Assembly (NCBI GenBank): GCA_012295275.1
Contig: CM022665.1
Span: 186,001 to 250,000, forward strand
Direction of reading: 5' to 3'
DNA length: 64,000 bases
Source: Chrysomallon squamiferum
Lineage: Eukaryota; Animalia; Mollusca
This document shows positions 1 through 13,653 of this stretch, piece after piece. The notes beneath the pieces were generated by a model, which saw only the letters and a program-made list of their open reading frames with translations, ran no database searches and was not told where the DNA came from. Position 1 is the stretch's first letter; each line of letters starts with the position of its first letter. Made by a program: the position numbers and the translations under genes.

Positions 1-918
1 TGGTTGATTTTGTTTCTTTACTGCAAGTTTTCACTTTGACAAACTAATAAATATTTGTTGAGAAGACAATGAATACAACCGTATATGAAACTTTTAAAAC
101 TGCTGTGTTTAAAAGTCTTTGTGTTGTTAGTGATGGCCAACTGTTTCAACGAGAAGGTGAGAAAACCATTTTATAAAAATGATATACTTCTAAACCTTGT
201 TTAGAACTTTGTCCGTAACATATTTTGTAACTACTCATACGTACTCGTATTTTAATATCTAAAATCAAAACAGAAACATAAACTCATACCTTCAGTCGTG
301 AAAATAAAGTAAGAGCAATTTATATATGCTAATTATTACATACTTGGATAAATATATTGTTTGCAAATCATGTAGATAAGAATTATCAGTGTGTTCACAC
401 TATGTCACCATGACATCTCTGGTTGCAATGTCGTAATGTAAATCAAACTTAATTCTAGTGTAGCCTGACTGTTCGTTCCTCTAAATTTTAAACTACAAAG
501 ATGTATTGAAAGTTTGTATGTTGTTATTGATGTAAATGAAGTTTGTCATAAATATCAACAATTCAAAGGCGACATTCAGTGCTGACATTAAGGAGCTACA
601 TTCACATGTCACTGCTGTATTAATAAAACTGTAAGATATACATTTCCTATAAATTTAATAATTAAGATACATTTAAAGTTGTATACATTAGTTGAAAACA
701 AAACAAACAATTAAAAAGAAATCTTTAAAACTCCTCAAGTGAGACATCGTTCCAAAGCACGAATTTAGACAGTTGTGTTCTTCTTGAAAAGTTAATTGCT
801 GCTGAATTTACTGAACTAACAGTTTGATCTGAGATCATCAGTTTACAGATTACAACTTATCAACAAAATGCTGTGTACTTTCATTACAGCTGAGAAATCA
901 TAAAACCAACAAATTTAC

Positions 919-996
919 CTGAATCATGTAGGATGTTAATTTCTGATGCTCTTGCATAGGGGTTATTGAACAGGAACCTCTGTGTTAGTGTTTCTG
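919..996 (-). CDS. 78-nt phase-1 cassette exon, unit 1: (A)ETLTQRFLFNNPYARASEINILHDS
   Basis: Minus strand tttcatattacag|CAGAAAC...GATTCAG|gtaaat; open frame, length divisible by 3. Confidence 0.75.
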
Positions 997-2686
997 CTGT
1001 AATATGAAATTAAAAAAAAAATTTTAGTTTAACATCAGTCCAGTGTGCGTGCACCTACTTCCAGGAAGATTCTTTACCACTGTAACATAATACCACTAAC
1101 ATTTTATAGTTGTAAGTATTTTTCATAAATTTTTTGTTCGATATATTGAATTTGATAAAATATAAAATATATTAAAATTAATACAAATTTATATGACTTG
1201 TCTTTCTTTCTTTATCGGAGAAAGTCACTGACAAAGTTACTCAGTTCCTGAAGGAGACAATGAATTCCTTTGATATGAATTAATCCTGTGCAAAATAATT
1301 AAATACACTGTTGTCCAGGTTTCCACGAAATATTTTAGTCGGTTGTTTGAAGTAGAAGTTTCGGTTAATCAAACAGAGAAAGTGTAAACCAAAGACTATC
1401 ACAAAAAATATATATTACTGGTAATAGTAATTAATTAAAAACACTTTAAATGCCGATGCGAGTAAATAATTGTTGTTTAGCTTAAAATATCAAAGTAACA
1501 CCCGTTCATCAGAAACTACTTTGATTCATCTGAACTGCAAAAGACATTCAGGAAATAATTACGTATCTAAAGCCCAGCAGCCTTTGCTCTCCTTGAGAAA
1601 TTTCTCTTCTGATGGAAGTCCTACAGATGTAGTTTCAATAACGTAAATAAAGATAAACATTTCTAGCATTGTCAAGTATTACCAATGCCTTTATATGCCA
1701 GTAAAATTTATTTACAACTTTTCAGTAATATAAATCACTAAAACTAATACGAATGCTCCTATATATTTTGGTTGATTTTGTTTCTTTACTGCAAGTTTTC
1801 ACTTTGACAAACTAATAAATATTTGTTGAGAAGACAATGAATACAACCGTATATGAAACTTTTAAAACTGCTGTGTTTAAAAGTCTTTGTGTTGTTAGTG
1901 ATGGCCAACTGTTTCAACGAGAAGGTGAGAAAACCATTTTATAAAAATTATATACTTCTAAACCTTGTTTAGAACTTTGTCCGTAACATATTTTGTAACT
2001 ACTCATACGTACTCGTATTTTAATATCTAAAATCAAAACAGAAACATAAAGTCATACCTTCAGTCGTGAAAATAAAGTAAGAGCAATTTATATATGCTAA
2101 TTATTACATACTTGGATAAATATATTGTTTGCAAATCATGTAGATAAGAATTATCAGTGTGTTCACACTATGTCACCATGACATCTCTGGTTGCAATGTC
2201 GTAATGTAAATCAAACTTAATTCTAGTGTAGCCTGACTGTTCGTTCCTCTAAATTTTAAACTACAAAGATGTATTGAAAGTTTGTATGTTGTTGTTGATG
2301 TAAATGAAGTTTGTCATAAATATCAAGAATTCGCAGGCGATATTCAGTGCTGACATTAAGGAGCTACATCCACATGTCACTGCTGTATTAATAAAACTGT
2401 AAGATATACATTTCCTATAAATTTAATAATTAAGATACATTTAAAGTTGTATACATTAGTTGAAAACAAAACAAACAATTAAAAAGAAATCTTTAAAACT
2501 CCTCAAGTGAGACATCGTTCCAAAGCACGAATTTAGACAGTTGTGTTCTTCTTGAAAAGTTAATTGCTGCTGAATTTACTGAACTAACAGTTTGATCTGA
2601 GATCATCAGTTTATAGATTACAACTTATCAACAAAATGCTGTGTACTTTCATTACAGCTGAGAAATCATAAAACCAACAAATTTAC

Positions 2687-2764
2687 CTGAATCATGTGGG
2701 ATGTTAATTCCTGATGCTCTTGCATAGGGGTTATTGAACGGGAACATCTGTGTTAATCTTTCTG
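2687..2764 (-). CDS. 78-nt cassette exon, unit 2: (A)ERLTQMFPFNNPYARASGINIPHDS
   Basis: Same AG/GT boundaries, open frame. Confidence 0.75.
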
Positions 2765-4439
2765 CTGTAATATGAAATTAAAAAAAACATTTTAGTTTAA
2801 CATCAGTCCAGTGTGCGTGCACCTACTTCCAGGAAGACTCTTTGCCAATGTAACATAATACCACTAACATTTTATAGTTGTAAGTATTTTTCATAAATTT
2901 TTTGTTCGATATATTGAATTTGATAAAATATAAAATATATTAAAATTAATACAAATTTATATGACTTGTCTTTCTTTCTTTATCGGAGAAAGTCAGTGAC
3001 AAAGTTACTCAGTTCCTGAAGGAGACAATGAATTCCTTTGATATGAATTAATCCTGTGCAAAATAATTAAATACACTGTTGTCCAGGTTTCCACGAAATA
3101 TTTTAGTCGGTTGTTTGAAGTAGAAGTTTCGGTTAATCAAACAGAGAAAGTGTAAACCAAAGACTATCACAAAAAATATATATTACTGGTAATAGTAATT
3201 AATTAAAAACACTTTAAATGCCGATGCGAGTAAATAATTGTTGTTTAGCTTAAAATATCAAAGTAACACCCGTTCATCAGAAACTACTTTGATTCATCTT
3301 AACTGCAAAAGACATTCAGGAAATAATTACGTATCTAAAGCCCAGCAGCCTTTGCTCTCCTTGAGAAATTTCTCTTCTGATGGAAGTCCTACAGATGTAG
3401 TTTCAATAACGTAAATAAAGATAAACATTTCTAGCATTGTCAAGTATTACCAATGCCTTTATATGCCAGTAAAATTTACTTACAACTTTTCACTAATATA
3501 AATCACTAAAACTAATACGAATGCTCATATTTTCTTTCCTTACTGCAGGTTTTCACTTTGACAAACTGATAAAATTTGTCGCGAAGAAAATAAATACAAC
3601 CTTATATGAGACTTTTAAAACTGCTGTGTTTAAAAGTCTTTGAGTTGTTAGTGATGGCCAACTGTTTCAACGAGAAGGTGAGAAAACCATTTTATAAAAA
3701 TGATATACTTCTAAACCTTGTTTAGAACTTTGTCCGTAACATATTTTGTAACTACTCATACGTACTCGTACTTTAATATCTAAAATCAAAACAGAAACAT
3801 AAACTCATACCTTCAGTCGTGAAAATAAAGTAAGAGCAATTTATATATGCTAATTATTACATACTTGGATAAATATATTGTTTGCAAATCATGTAGATAA
3901 GAATTATCAGTGTGTTCACACTATGTCACCATGACATCTCTGGTTGCAATGTCGTAATGTAAATCAAACTTAATTCTAGTGTAGCCTGACTGTTCGTTCC
4001 TCTAAATTTTAAACTACAAAGATGTATTGAAAGTTTGTATGTTGTTGTTGATGTAAATGAAGTTTGTCATAAATATCAAGAATTCGCAGGCGATATTCAG
4101 TGCTGACATTAAGGAGCTACATCCACATGTAACTGCTGTATTAATAAAACTGTAAGATATACATTTCCTATAAATTTAATAATTAAGATACATTTAAAGT
4201 TGTATACATTAGTTGAAAACAAAACAAACAATTAAAAAGAAATCTTTAAAACTCCTCAAGGGAGACATCGTTCCAAAGCACGAATTTAGACAGTTGTGTT
4301 CTTCTTGAAAAGTTAATTGCTGCTGAATTTACTGAACTAACAGTTTGATCTGAGATCATCAGTTTATAGATTACAACTTATCAACAAAATGCTGTGTACT
4401 TTCATTACAGCTGAGAAATCATAAAACCAACAAATTTAC

Positions 4440-4517
4440 CTGAATCATGTGGGATGTTAATTCCTGATGCTCTTGCATAGGGGTTATTGAACGGGAACAT
4501 CTGTGTTAATCTTTCTG
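4440..4517 (-). CDS. 78-nt cassette exon, unit 3 (identical to unit 2)
   Basis: Same AG/GT boundaries, open frame. Confidence 0.75.
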
Positions 4518-6192
4518 CTGTAATATGAAATTAAAAAAAACATTTTAGTTTAACATCAGTCCAGTGTGCGTGCACCTACTTCCAGGAAGACTCTTTGCCA
4601 ATGTAACATAATACCACTAACATTTTATAGTTGTAAGTATTTTCATAAATTTTTTTGTTCGATATATTGAATTTGATAAAATATAAAATATATTAAAATT
4701 AATACAAATTTATATGACTTGTCTTTCTTTCTTTATCGGAGAAAGTCAGTGACAAAGTTACTCAGTTCCTGAAGGAGACAATGAATTCCTTTGATATGAA
4801 TTAATCCTGTGCAAAATAATTAAATACACTGTTGTCCAGGTTTCCACGAAATATTTTAGTCGGTTGTTTGAAGTAGAAGTTTCGGTTAATCAAACAGAGA
4901 AAGTGTAAACCAAAGACTATCACAAAAAATATATATTACTGGTAATAGTAATTAATTAAAAACACTTTAAATGCCGATGCGAGTAAATAATTGTTGTTTA
5001 GCTTAAAATATCAAAGTAACACCCGTTCATCAGAAACTACTTTGATTCATCTTAACTGCAAAAGACATTCAGGAAATAATTACGTATCTAAAGCCCAGCA
5101 GCCTTTGCTCTCCTTGAGAAATTTCTCTTCTGATGGAAGTCCTACAGATGTAGTTTCAATAACGTAAATAAAGATAAACATTTCTAGCATTGTCAAGTAT
5201 TACCAATGCCTTTATATGCCAGTAAAATTTACTTACAACTTTTCACTAATATAAATCACTAAAACTAATACGAATGCTCATATTTTCTTTCCTTACTGCA
5301 GGTTTTCACTTTGACAAACTGATAAAATTTGTCGCGAAGAAAATAAATACAACCTTATATGAGACTTTTAAAACTGCTGTGTTTAAAAGTCTTTGAGTTG
5401 TTAGTGATGGCCAACTGTTTCAACGAGAAGGTGAGAAAACCATTTTATAAAAATGATATACTTCTAAACCTTGTTTAGAACTTTGTCCGTAACATATTTT
5501 GTAACTACTCATACGTACTCGTACTTTAATATCTAAAATCAAAACAGAAACATAAACTCATACCTTCAGTCGTGAAAATAAAGTAAGAGCAATTTATATA
5601 TGCTAATTATTACATACTTGGATAAATATATTGTTTGCAAATCATGTAGATAAGAATTATCAGTGTGTTCACACTATGTCACCATGACATCTCTGGTTGC
5701 AATGTCGTAATGTAAATCAAAGTTAATTCTAGTGTAGCCTGACTGTTCGTTCCTCTGAAGTTTAAAGTACAAAGCTGTATTGAAAGTTTGTATGTTGTTA
5801 TTGATGTAAATGAAGTTTGTCATAAATATCAAGAATTCGCAGGCGATATTCAGTGCTGACATTAAGGAGCTTTATCCACATGTCACTGCTGTATTAATAA
5901 AACTGTAAGATATACATTTCCTATAAATTTAATAATTAAGATACATTTAAAGTTGTATACATTAGTTGAAAACAAAACAAACAATTAAAAAGAAATGTTT
6001 AAAACTCCTCAAGTGAGACATCGTTTCAAAGCACGAATTTAGATAGTTGTGTTCTTCTTGAAAAGTTAATTGCTGCTGAATTTACTGAACTAACAGTTTG
6101 TTCTGAGATCATCAGTTTATAGATTACAGCTTATCAACAAGATGCTGTGTGCTTTCATTACAGCTGAGAAATCATAAAACCAACAAATTTAC

Positions 6193-6270
6193 CTGAATGA
6201 ATTGTGGTGTCCATTGCTGATGCTCTTTCAGAGGTGTAATTTAACCTGAGTATATGTGCCATGGTTTTTG
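6193..6270 (-). CDS. 78-nt cassette exon, unit 4: (A)KTMAHILRLNYTSERASAMDTTIHS
   Basis: Same AG/GT boundaries, open frame, divergent type-B sequence. Confidence 0.75.
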
Positions 6271-7961
6271 CTGTAATATGAAATTAAAACAAAACATTTT
6301 AGTTTAACATCAGTCCAGTGTGCGTGCACCTACTTCCAGGAAGACTCTTTACCACTGTAACATAATACCACTAACATTTTATAGTTATAAGTATTTTTCA
6401 TAAATTTGTTGTTCGATATATTGAATTTGATAAAATATAAAATATATTAAAATTAATACAAATTTATATGACTTGTCTTTCTTTCTTTATCGGAGAAAGT
6501 CACTGACAAAGTTACTCAGTTTCTGAAGGAGACAACGAATTCCTTTGATATGAATTAATCCTGTGCAAAATAATTAAATACACTGTTGTCCAGGTTTCCA
6601 CGAAATATTTTAGTCGGTTGTTTGAAGTAGAAGTTTCGGTTAATCAAACAGAGAAAGTGTAAACCAAAGACTAACACAAAAAATATGTATTACTGTTATT
6701 AGTAATTAATTAAAAACTCTTTAAATGCCGATGCGAGTAAATAATTGTTGTTTAGCTTAAAATATCAAAGTAACACCCGTTCCCCAGAAACTACTTTGAT
6801 TCATCAGAACTGCAAAAGACATTCAGGAAATAATTACGTATCTAAAGCCCAGCAGCCTTTGCTCTCCTTGAGAAATTTCTCTTCTGATGGAAGTCCTACA
6901 GATGTAGTTTCAATAACGTAAATAAAGATAAACATTTCTAGCATTGTCAAGTATTACCAATGCCTTTATATGCCAGTAAAATTTACTTACAACTTTTCAG
7001 TAATATAAATCACTAAAACTAATACGAATGCTCATATATATTTTGGTTGATTTTGTTTCTTTACTGCAAGTTTTCACTTTGACAAACTAATAAACATTTT
7101 TTGAGAAGACAATGAATACAACCGAATATGAAACTTTTAAAACTGCTATGTTTAAAAGTCTTTGTGTTGTTAGTGATGGCCAACTGTTTCAACGAGAAGG
7201 TGAGAAAACCATTTTATAAAAATGATATACTTCTAAACCTTGTTTAGAACTTTGTCCGTAACATATTCTGTAACTACTCATACGTACTCGTATTTTAATA
7301 TCTAAAATCAAAACAGAAACATAAACTCATACCTTCAGTCGTGAAAATAAAGTAAGAGCAATTTATATATGCTAATTATTACATACTTGGATAAATATAT
7401 TGTTTGCAAATCATCTAGATAAGAATTATCAGTGTGTTCACACTATGTCACCATGACATCTCTGGTTGCAATGTCGTAATGTAAATCAAAGTTAATTCTA
7501 GTGTAGCCTGACTGTTCGTTCCTCTAAATTTTAAACTACAAAGATGTATTGAAAGTTTGTATGTTGTTATTGATGTAAATGAAGTTTGTCATAAATATCA
7601 AGAATTCGCAGGCGATATTCAGTGCTGACATTAAGGAGCTACATCCACATGTCACTGCTGTATTAATAAAACTGTAAGATATACATTTCCTATAAATTTA
7701 ATAATTAAGATACATTTAAAGTTGTATACATTAGTTGAAAACAAAACAAACAATTAAAAAGAAATGTTTAAAACTCCTCAAGTGAGACATCGTTTCAAAG
7801 CACGAATTTAGACAGTTGTGTTCTTCTTGAAAAGTTAATTGCTGCTGAATTTACTGAACTAACAGTTTGTTCTGAGATCATCAGTTTATAGATTACAGCT
7901 TATCAACAAGATGCTGTGTGCTTTCATTACAGCTGAGAAATCATAAAACCAACAAATTTAC

Positions 7962-8039
7962 CTGAATGAATTGTGGTGTCCATTGCTGATGCTCTTTCAG
8001 AGGTGTAATTTAACCTGAGTATATGTGCCATGGTTTCTG
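7962..8039 (-). CDS. 78-nt cassette exon, unit 5: (A)ETMAHILRLNYTSERASAMDTTIHS
   Basis: Same AG/GT boundaries, open frame. Confidence 0.75.
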
Positions 8040-9729
8040 CTGTAATATGAAATTAAAACAAAACATTTTAGTTTAACATCAGTCCAGTGTGCGTGCACCT
8101 ACTTCCAGGAAGACTCTTTACCACTGTAACATAATACCACTAACATTTTATAGTTATAAGTATTTTTCATAAATTTGTTGTTCGATATACTGAATTTGAT
8201 AAAATATAAAATATATTAAAATTAATACAAATTTATATGACTTGTCTTTCTTTCTTTATCGGAGAAAGTCACTGACAAAGTTACTCAGTTTCTGAAGGAG
8301 ACAACGAATTCCTTTGATATGAATTAATCCTGTGCAAAATAATTTAATACACTGTTGTCCAGCTTTCCAGGAAATATTTTAGTCGGTTGTTTGAAGTAGA
8401 AGTTTCGGTTAATCAAACAGAGAAAGTGTAAACCAAAGACTAACACAAAAAATATGTATTACTGTTATTAGTAATTAATTAAAAACTCTTTAAATGCCGA
8501 TGCGAGTAAAAATTGTTGTTTAGCTTAAAATATCAAAGTAACACCCGTTCCCCAGAAACTACTTTGATTCATCAGAACTGCAAAAGACATTCAGGAAATA
8601 ATTACGTATCTAAAGCCCAGCAGCCTTTGCTCTCCTTGAGAAATTTCTCTTCTGATGGAAGTCCTACAGATGTAGTTTCAATAACGTAAATAAAGATAAA
8701 CATTTCTAGCATTGTCAAGTATTACCAATGCCTTTATATGCCAGTAAAATTTACTTACAACTTTTCAGTAATATAAATCACTAAAACTAATACGAATGCT
8801 CATATATATTTTGGTTGATTTTGTTTCTTTACTGCAAGTTTTCACTTTGACAAACTAATAAACATTTTTTGAGAAGACAATGAATACAACCGAATATGAA
8901 ACTTTTAAAACTGCTGTGTTTAAAAGTCTTTGTGTTGTTGGTGATGGCCAACTGTTTCAACGAGAAGGTGAGAAAACCATTTTATAAAAATGATATACTT
9001 CTAAACCTTGTTTAGAACTTTGTCCGTAACATATTCTGTAACTACTCATACGTACTCGTATTTTAATATCTAAAATCAAAACAGAAACATAAACTCATAC
9101 CTTCAGTCGTGAAAATAAAGTAAGAGCAATTTATATATGCTAATTATTACATACTTGGATAAATATATTGTTTGCAAATCATCTAGATAAGAATTATCAG
9201 TGTGTTCACACTATGTCACCATGACATCTCTGGTTGCAATGTCGTAATGTAAATCAAAGTTAATTCTAGTGTAGCCTGACTGTTCGTTCCTCTACGTTTT
9301 AAACTACAAAGCTGTATTGAAAGTTTGTATGTTGTTATTGATGTAAATGAAGTTTGTCATAAATATCAAGAATTCGCAGGCGATATTCAGTGCTGACATT
9401 AAGGAGCTTTATCCACATGTCACTGCTGTATTAATAAAACTGTAAGATATACATTTCCTATAAATTTAATAATTAAGATACATTTAAAGTTGTATACATT
9501 AGTTGAAAACAAAACAAACAATTAAAAAGAAATGTTTAAAACTCCTCAAGTGAGACATCGTTTCAAAGCACGAATTTAGATAGTTGTGTTCTTCTTGAAA
9601 AGTTAATTGCTGCTGAATTTACTGAACTAACAGTTTGTTCTGAGATCATCAGTTTATAGATTACAGCTTATCAACAAGATGCTGTGTGCTTTCATTACAG
9701 CTGAGAAATCATAAAACCAACAAATTTAC

Positions 9730-9807
9730 CTGAATGAATTGTGGTGTCCATTGCTGATGCTCTTTCAGAGGTATCATTTAACCTGTGTATATGTGCCATG
9801 GTTTCTG
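9730..9807 (-). CDS. 78-nt cassette exon, unit 6: (A)ETMAHIHRLNDTSERASAMDTTIHS
   Basis: Same AG/GT boundaries, open frame. Confidence 0.75.
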
Positions 9808-11488
9808 CTGTAATATGAAATTAAAAAAAAACATTTTAGTTTAACATCAGTCCAGTGTGCGTGCACCTACTTCCAGGAAGACTCTTTACCACTGTAACAT
9901 AATACCACTAACATTTTATAGTTATAAGCATTTTTCATAAATATTTTGTTCGATATATTGAATTTGATAAAATATAAAATATATTAAAATTAATACAAAT
10001 TTATATGACTTGTCTTTCTTTCTTTATCGGAGAAAGTCACTGACAAAGTTACTCAGTTTCTGAAGGAGACAACGAATTCCTTTGATATGAATTAATCCTG
10101 TGCAAAATAATTTAATACACTGTTGTCCAGCTTTCCAGGAAATATTTTAGTCGGTTGTTTGAAGTAGAAGTTTCGGTTAATCAAACAGAGAAAGTGTAAA
10201 CCAAAGACTAACACAAAAAATATGTATTACTGGTATTAGTAATTAATTAAAAACTCTTTAAATGCCGATGCGAGTAAATAATTGTTGTTTAGCTTAAAAT
10301 ATCAAAGTAACACCCGTTCCCCAGAAACTACTTTGATTCATCAGAACTGCAAAAGACATTCAGGAAATAATTACGTATCTAAAGCCCAGCAGCCTTTGCT
10401 CTCCTTGAGAAATTTCTCTTCTGATGGAAGTCCTACAGATGTAGTTTCAATAACGTAAATAAAGATAAACATTTCTAGCATTGTCAAGTATTACCAATGC
10501 CTTTATATGCCAGTAAAATTTACTTACAACTTTTCAGTAATATAAATCACTAAAACTAATACGAATGCTCATATATATTTTGGTTGATTTTGTTTCTTTA
10601 CTGCAAGTTTTCACTTTGACAAACTAATAAACATTTTTTTGAGAAGACAATGAATACAACCGAATATGAAACTTTTAAAACTGCTGTGTTTAAAAGTCTT
10701 TGTGTTGTTAGTGATGGCCAACTGTTTCAACGAGAAGGTGAGAAAACCATTTTATAAAAATGATATACTTCTAAACCTTGTTTTGTAAACATATTTTGTA
10801 ACTACTCATACGTACTCGTATTTTAATATCTAAAATCAAAACAGAAACATAAACTCATACCTTCAGTCGTGAAAATAAAGTAAGAGCAATTTATATATGC
10901 TAATTATTACATACTTGGATAAATATATTGTTTGCAAATCATCTAGATAAGAATTATCAGTGTGTTCACACTATGTCACCATGACATCTCTGGTTGCAAT
11001 GTCGTAATGTAAATCAAAGTTAATTCTAGTGTAGCCTGACTGTTCGTTCCTCTGAAGTTTAAAGTACAAAGCTGTATTGAAAGTTTGTATGTTGTTATTG
11101 ATGTAAATGAAGTTTGTCATAAATATCAACAGTTCAAAGGCGATATTCAGTGCTGACATTAAGCAGCTACATCCACATGTCACTGCTGTATTAATAAAAC
11201 TGTAAGATATACATTTCCTATAAATTTAATAATTAAGATACATTTAAGTTGCAGACATTAGTTGAAAACAAAACAAACAATTAAAAAGAAATGTTTAAAA
11301 CTCCTCAAGTGAGACATCGTTCCAAAGCACGAATTTAGACAGTTATGATGTTGTTGAAAAGTTAATTGGTGCTGAATTTACTGAACTAACAGTTTGTTCT
11401 GAGATCATCAGTTTATAGATTACAGCTTATCAACAAAATGCTGTGTACTTTCATTACAGCTGAGAAATTATAAAACCAACAAATTTAC

Positions 11489-11566
11489 CTGAATGATGTG
11501 GGATGTTAATTCCTGATGCTCTTGCATAGGGGGTATTGAACGGGAACATCTGTGTAAATGTTTCTC
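11489..11566 (-). CDS. 78-nt cassette exon, unit 7: (G)ETFTQMFPFNTPYARASGINIPHHS
   Basis: tttcatcttacag|GAG...TTCAG|gtaaat; open frame. Confidence 0.75.
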
Positions 11567-11794
11567 CTGTAAGATGAAATTAAAAACAAACATTTTAAAA
11601 ACAAACAAATTAATCAGAAACTCTTTAAATGCCGATGAATTTTGACAGTTGTGTTCTTCTTGAAAAGTTAATTGCTGCTGAATTTACTGAACTAACATTT
11701 TGTCCTGAGATCATCAGTTTATAGATTACAACTTATCAACAAAATTCTGTGTACTTTCATTAGAGGTCAGAAATCATAAAACTAAGAGATTTAC

Positions 11795-11878
11795 CTCTGA
11801 AACTTGTGTTTAGCGAGTGTTGTGGGTTGTTGTTGTTAAAGTTTGATAATGCCATTTCCCTCAGTTGATCTCTTTGTT
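11795..11878 (-). CDS. 84-nt phase-1 exon of the same family: EQRDQLREMALSNFNNNNPQHSLNTSFR
   Basis: Same acceptor context tttcatattacag and donor gtaaat; open, 84 nt, in frame with the 78-nt exons. Confidence 0.65.
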
Positions 11879-13285
11879 CTGTAATATGAAATTGATATGA
11901 ACATTTTATACTTGACATCAGTCGATTGTCGGTAACCCTATTTCATAAATTTTCTGTTTGATATCTTGAATTTGATAAAATATAAAAGATATTAAAATTA
12001 ATACAAATTTATATGACCTGTCTTTCTTTCTTTATTTGAAGTAGAATTTTCGGTTTTAGAAAAGAACGAAATAACAAGGAAATATTTTATAATGTAAATC
12101 TAATAATTTTAAATGTTTGTCATAAAACTTACTCTACAAACGCCTTTTATTGTAAACGATATTCAGACAATCTAAGGACAGAAACAGGTGAATATTTCTG
12201 AGTCTTTGTAACAAATACAAAAAAGGTTCTTTCTCTATTATATGAAAATAATAAAATATGTTAAAATGTAATTATTATTTCAAACACTGGTCATGTTATC
12301 AAATTCTTTAGCTAAATCCAAGGTCTACCCGCGTAAAACGAAGGAGAGAAAGAACATAATGTTAGCATCATAAATTTAATAATTTTAAATATTTCTCTTC
12401 ACACTTACTCTGTGGGCGACATAAACGGGTCAGTATTTGTGACCTTTTCGTTGTGTCTCGTAACAAATATAAAAGAAGGTCTTTTTTTTTGTTGTTTTTA
12501 TCTGTTATCTGGATATGGTAAAACAGGAAACTGTTATTAGTTTGTTTATACTCGTACCTGTATTCCTAATGAAATTATTTCTGTAAAGAACAGCACAGAC
12601 ACTTTAAAAATAGACAAGAAAATGTAATGGGTCATATCTACGTCGCAGCGATCACGTGACTCAAAGTGCGTGTACAAAGTTCTATAAATAAACTTGGCAA
12701 CCTTCTAGAAAATGAACTGCTATTGAGTGTGTGTATATGTGTGTGTGTGTGTGTGTCATTTTATTTTTTAATGTATTTATTTATTTATAATCTGTTGAAT
12801 ACATTGTATTTTATTCTAGTAGAAGTTAACTACATGTTATTGATATGACAACTAGGTACATTATTTACACGGCAAACGTTTTTCAAAACTAACTTCCTAT
12901 ATTTTCTGCCTTAATAAGATCAACTCGGATTTGAACACACATTTACATGTTGTTATTATAATATTAATTTTATGTTTATTACTTTAACTCACTCTTCATA
13001 AATCTAGAAACACTTTCTGATAGAGAAACATAAATATTTGTAACATTTTCACGTACCTTATTCTCAGTGGATTAATGTGCAACGTATAAAATATAATAAT
13101 ATTAAAATATATTACTTTAATTAAAATACAAATACACTAATCTTTATTTATATTACAACTATTGTGGTTTATTTTCTTTGAATACTCTTGCGATCAAACA
13201 GGAGTCAATTTTGGGGAAAAAAGAAATAATAAAAACAATAAAAATAACGAAATAAAAAAAAGTTAAAAATAAATAAGACGAATAA

Positions 13286-13344
<59 letters not shown>

Positions 13345-13653
13345 TATTAATATTATTATTATTGTTAGTGATTTTATTTTATTTTATTTTATTTTTTATT
13401 ATTTTAATTTTTTTATTTTTTTTATTATTATTTATTTATTTTTTATTTATTTATTTATTTACTGGGTTTTTTTTGTTTTTTTTTTCTTTATCTGTTGTTG
13501 ATAAAATAAATGACCAAATGTTTTTTAACATTTTTAACTTAAATCTTTTAGGCATAATAGAAGTTTCAGTTTCACAAGAGAAAAGAAGTACACGGAAATG
13601 TTAATGTTAGCAAATAAAATTGAATATTTTTAAATATTTATCTTAACACTTAC

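Larger units (their letters stand above)
1..11595. repeat. Tandem array of ~1.75-1.77 kb units (6 complete + 1 partial, continues off the left edge)
   Basis: Unit start TGGTTGATTTTGTTTCTTTACTGCAAG recurs at 1, 1769, 7044, 8812 and 10581; a variant junction occurs at ~3529 and ~5281. Units are near-identical except for one 78-nt block. Confidence 0.98.

Noticed and set aside
241-300. Possible 18-nt micro-exon and adjacent GAAG|gtatga donor in each unit (minus strand)
   Set aside because: Implied intron is only ~31 nt and the acceptor is lost in the inverted copy; unsupported.
10971-11183. SGYTRI resemblance to a Mab-21/cGAS-like motif
   Set aside because: Only a few residues; no nucleotidyltransferase GS..D.D motif found.
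1-11595. CRISPR-like or DGR-like interpretation of constant repeats with variable inserts
   Set aside because: Repeats are 1.7 kb, the variable blocks are homologous to each other and bounded by splice sites, changes are not adenine-specific, and no cas or RT gene is present.
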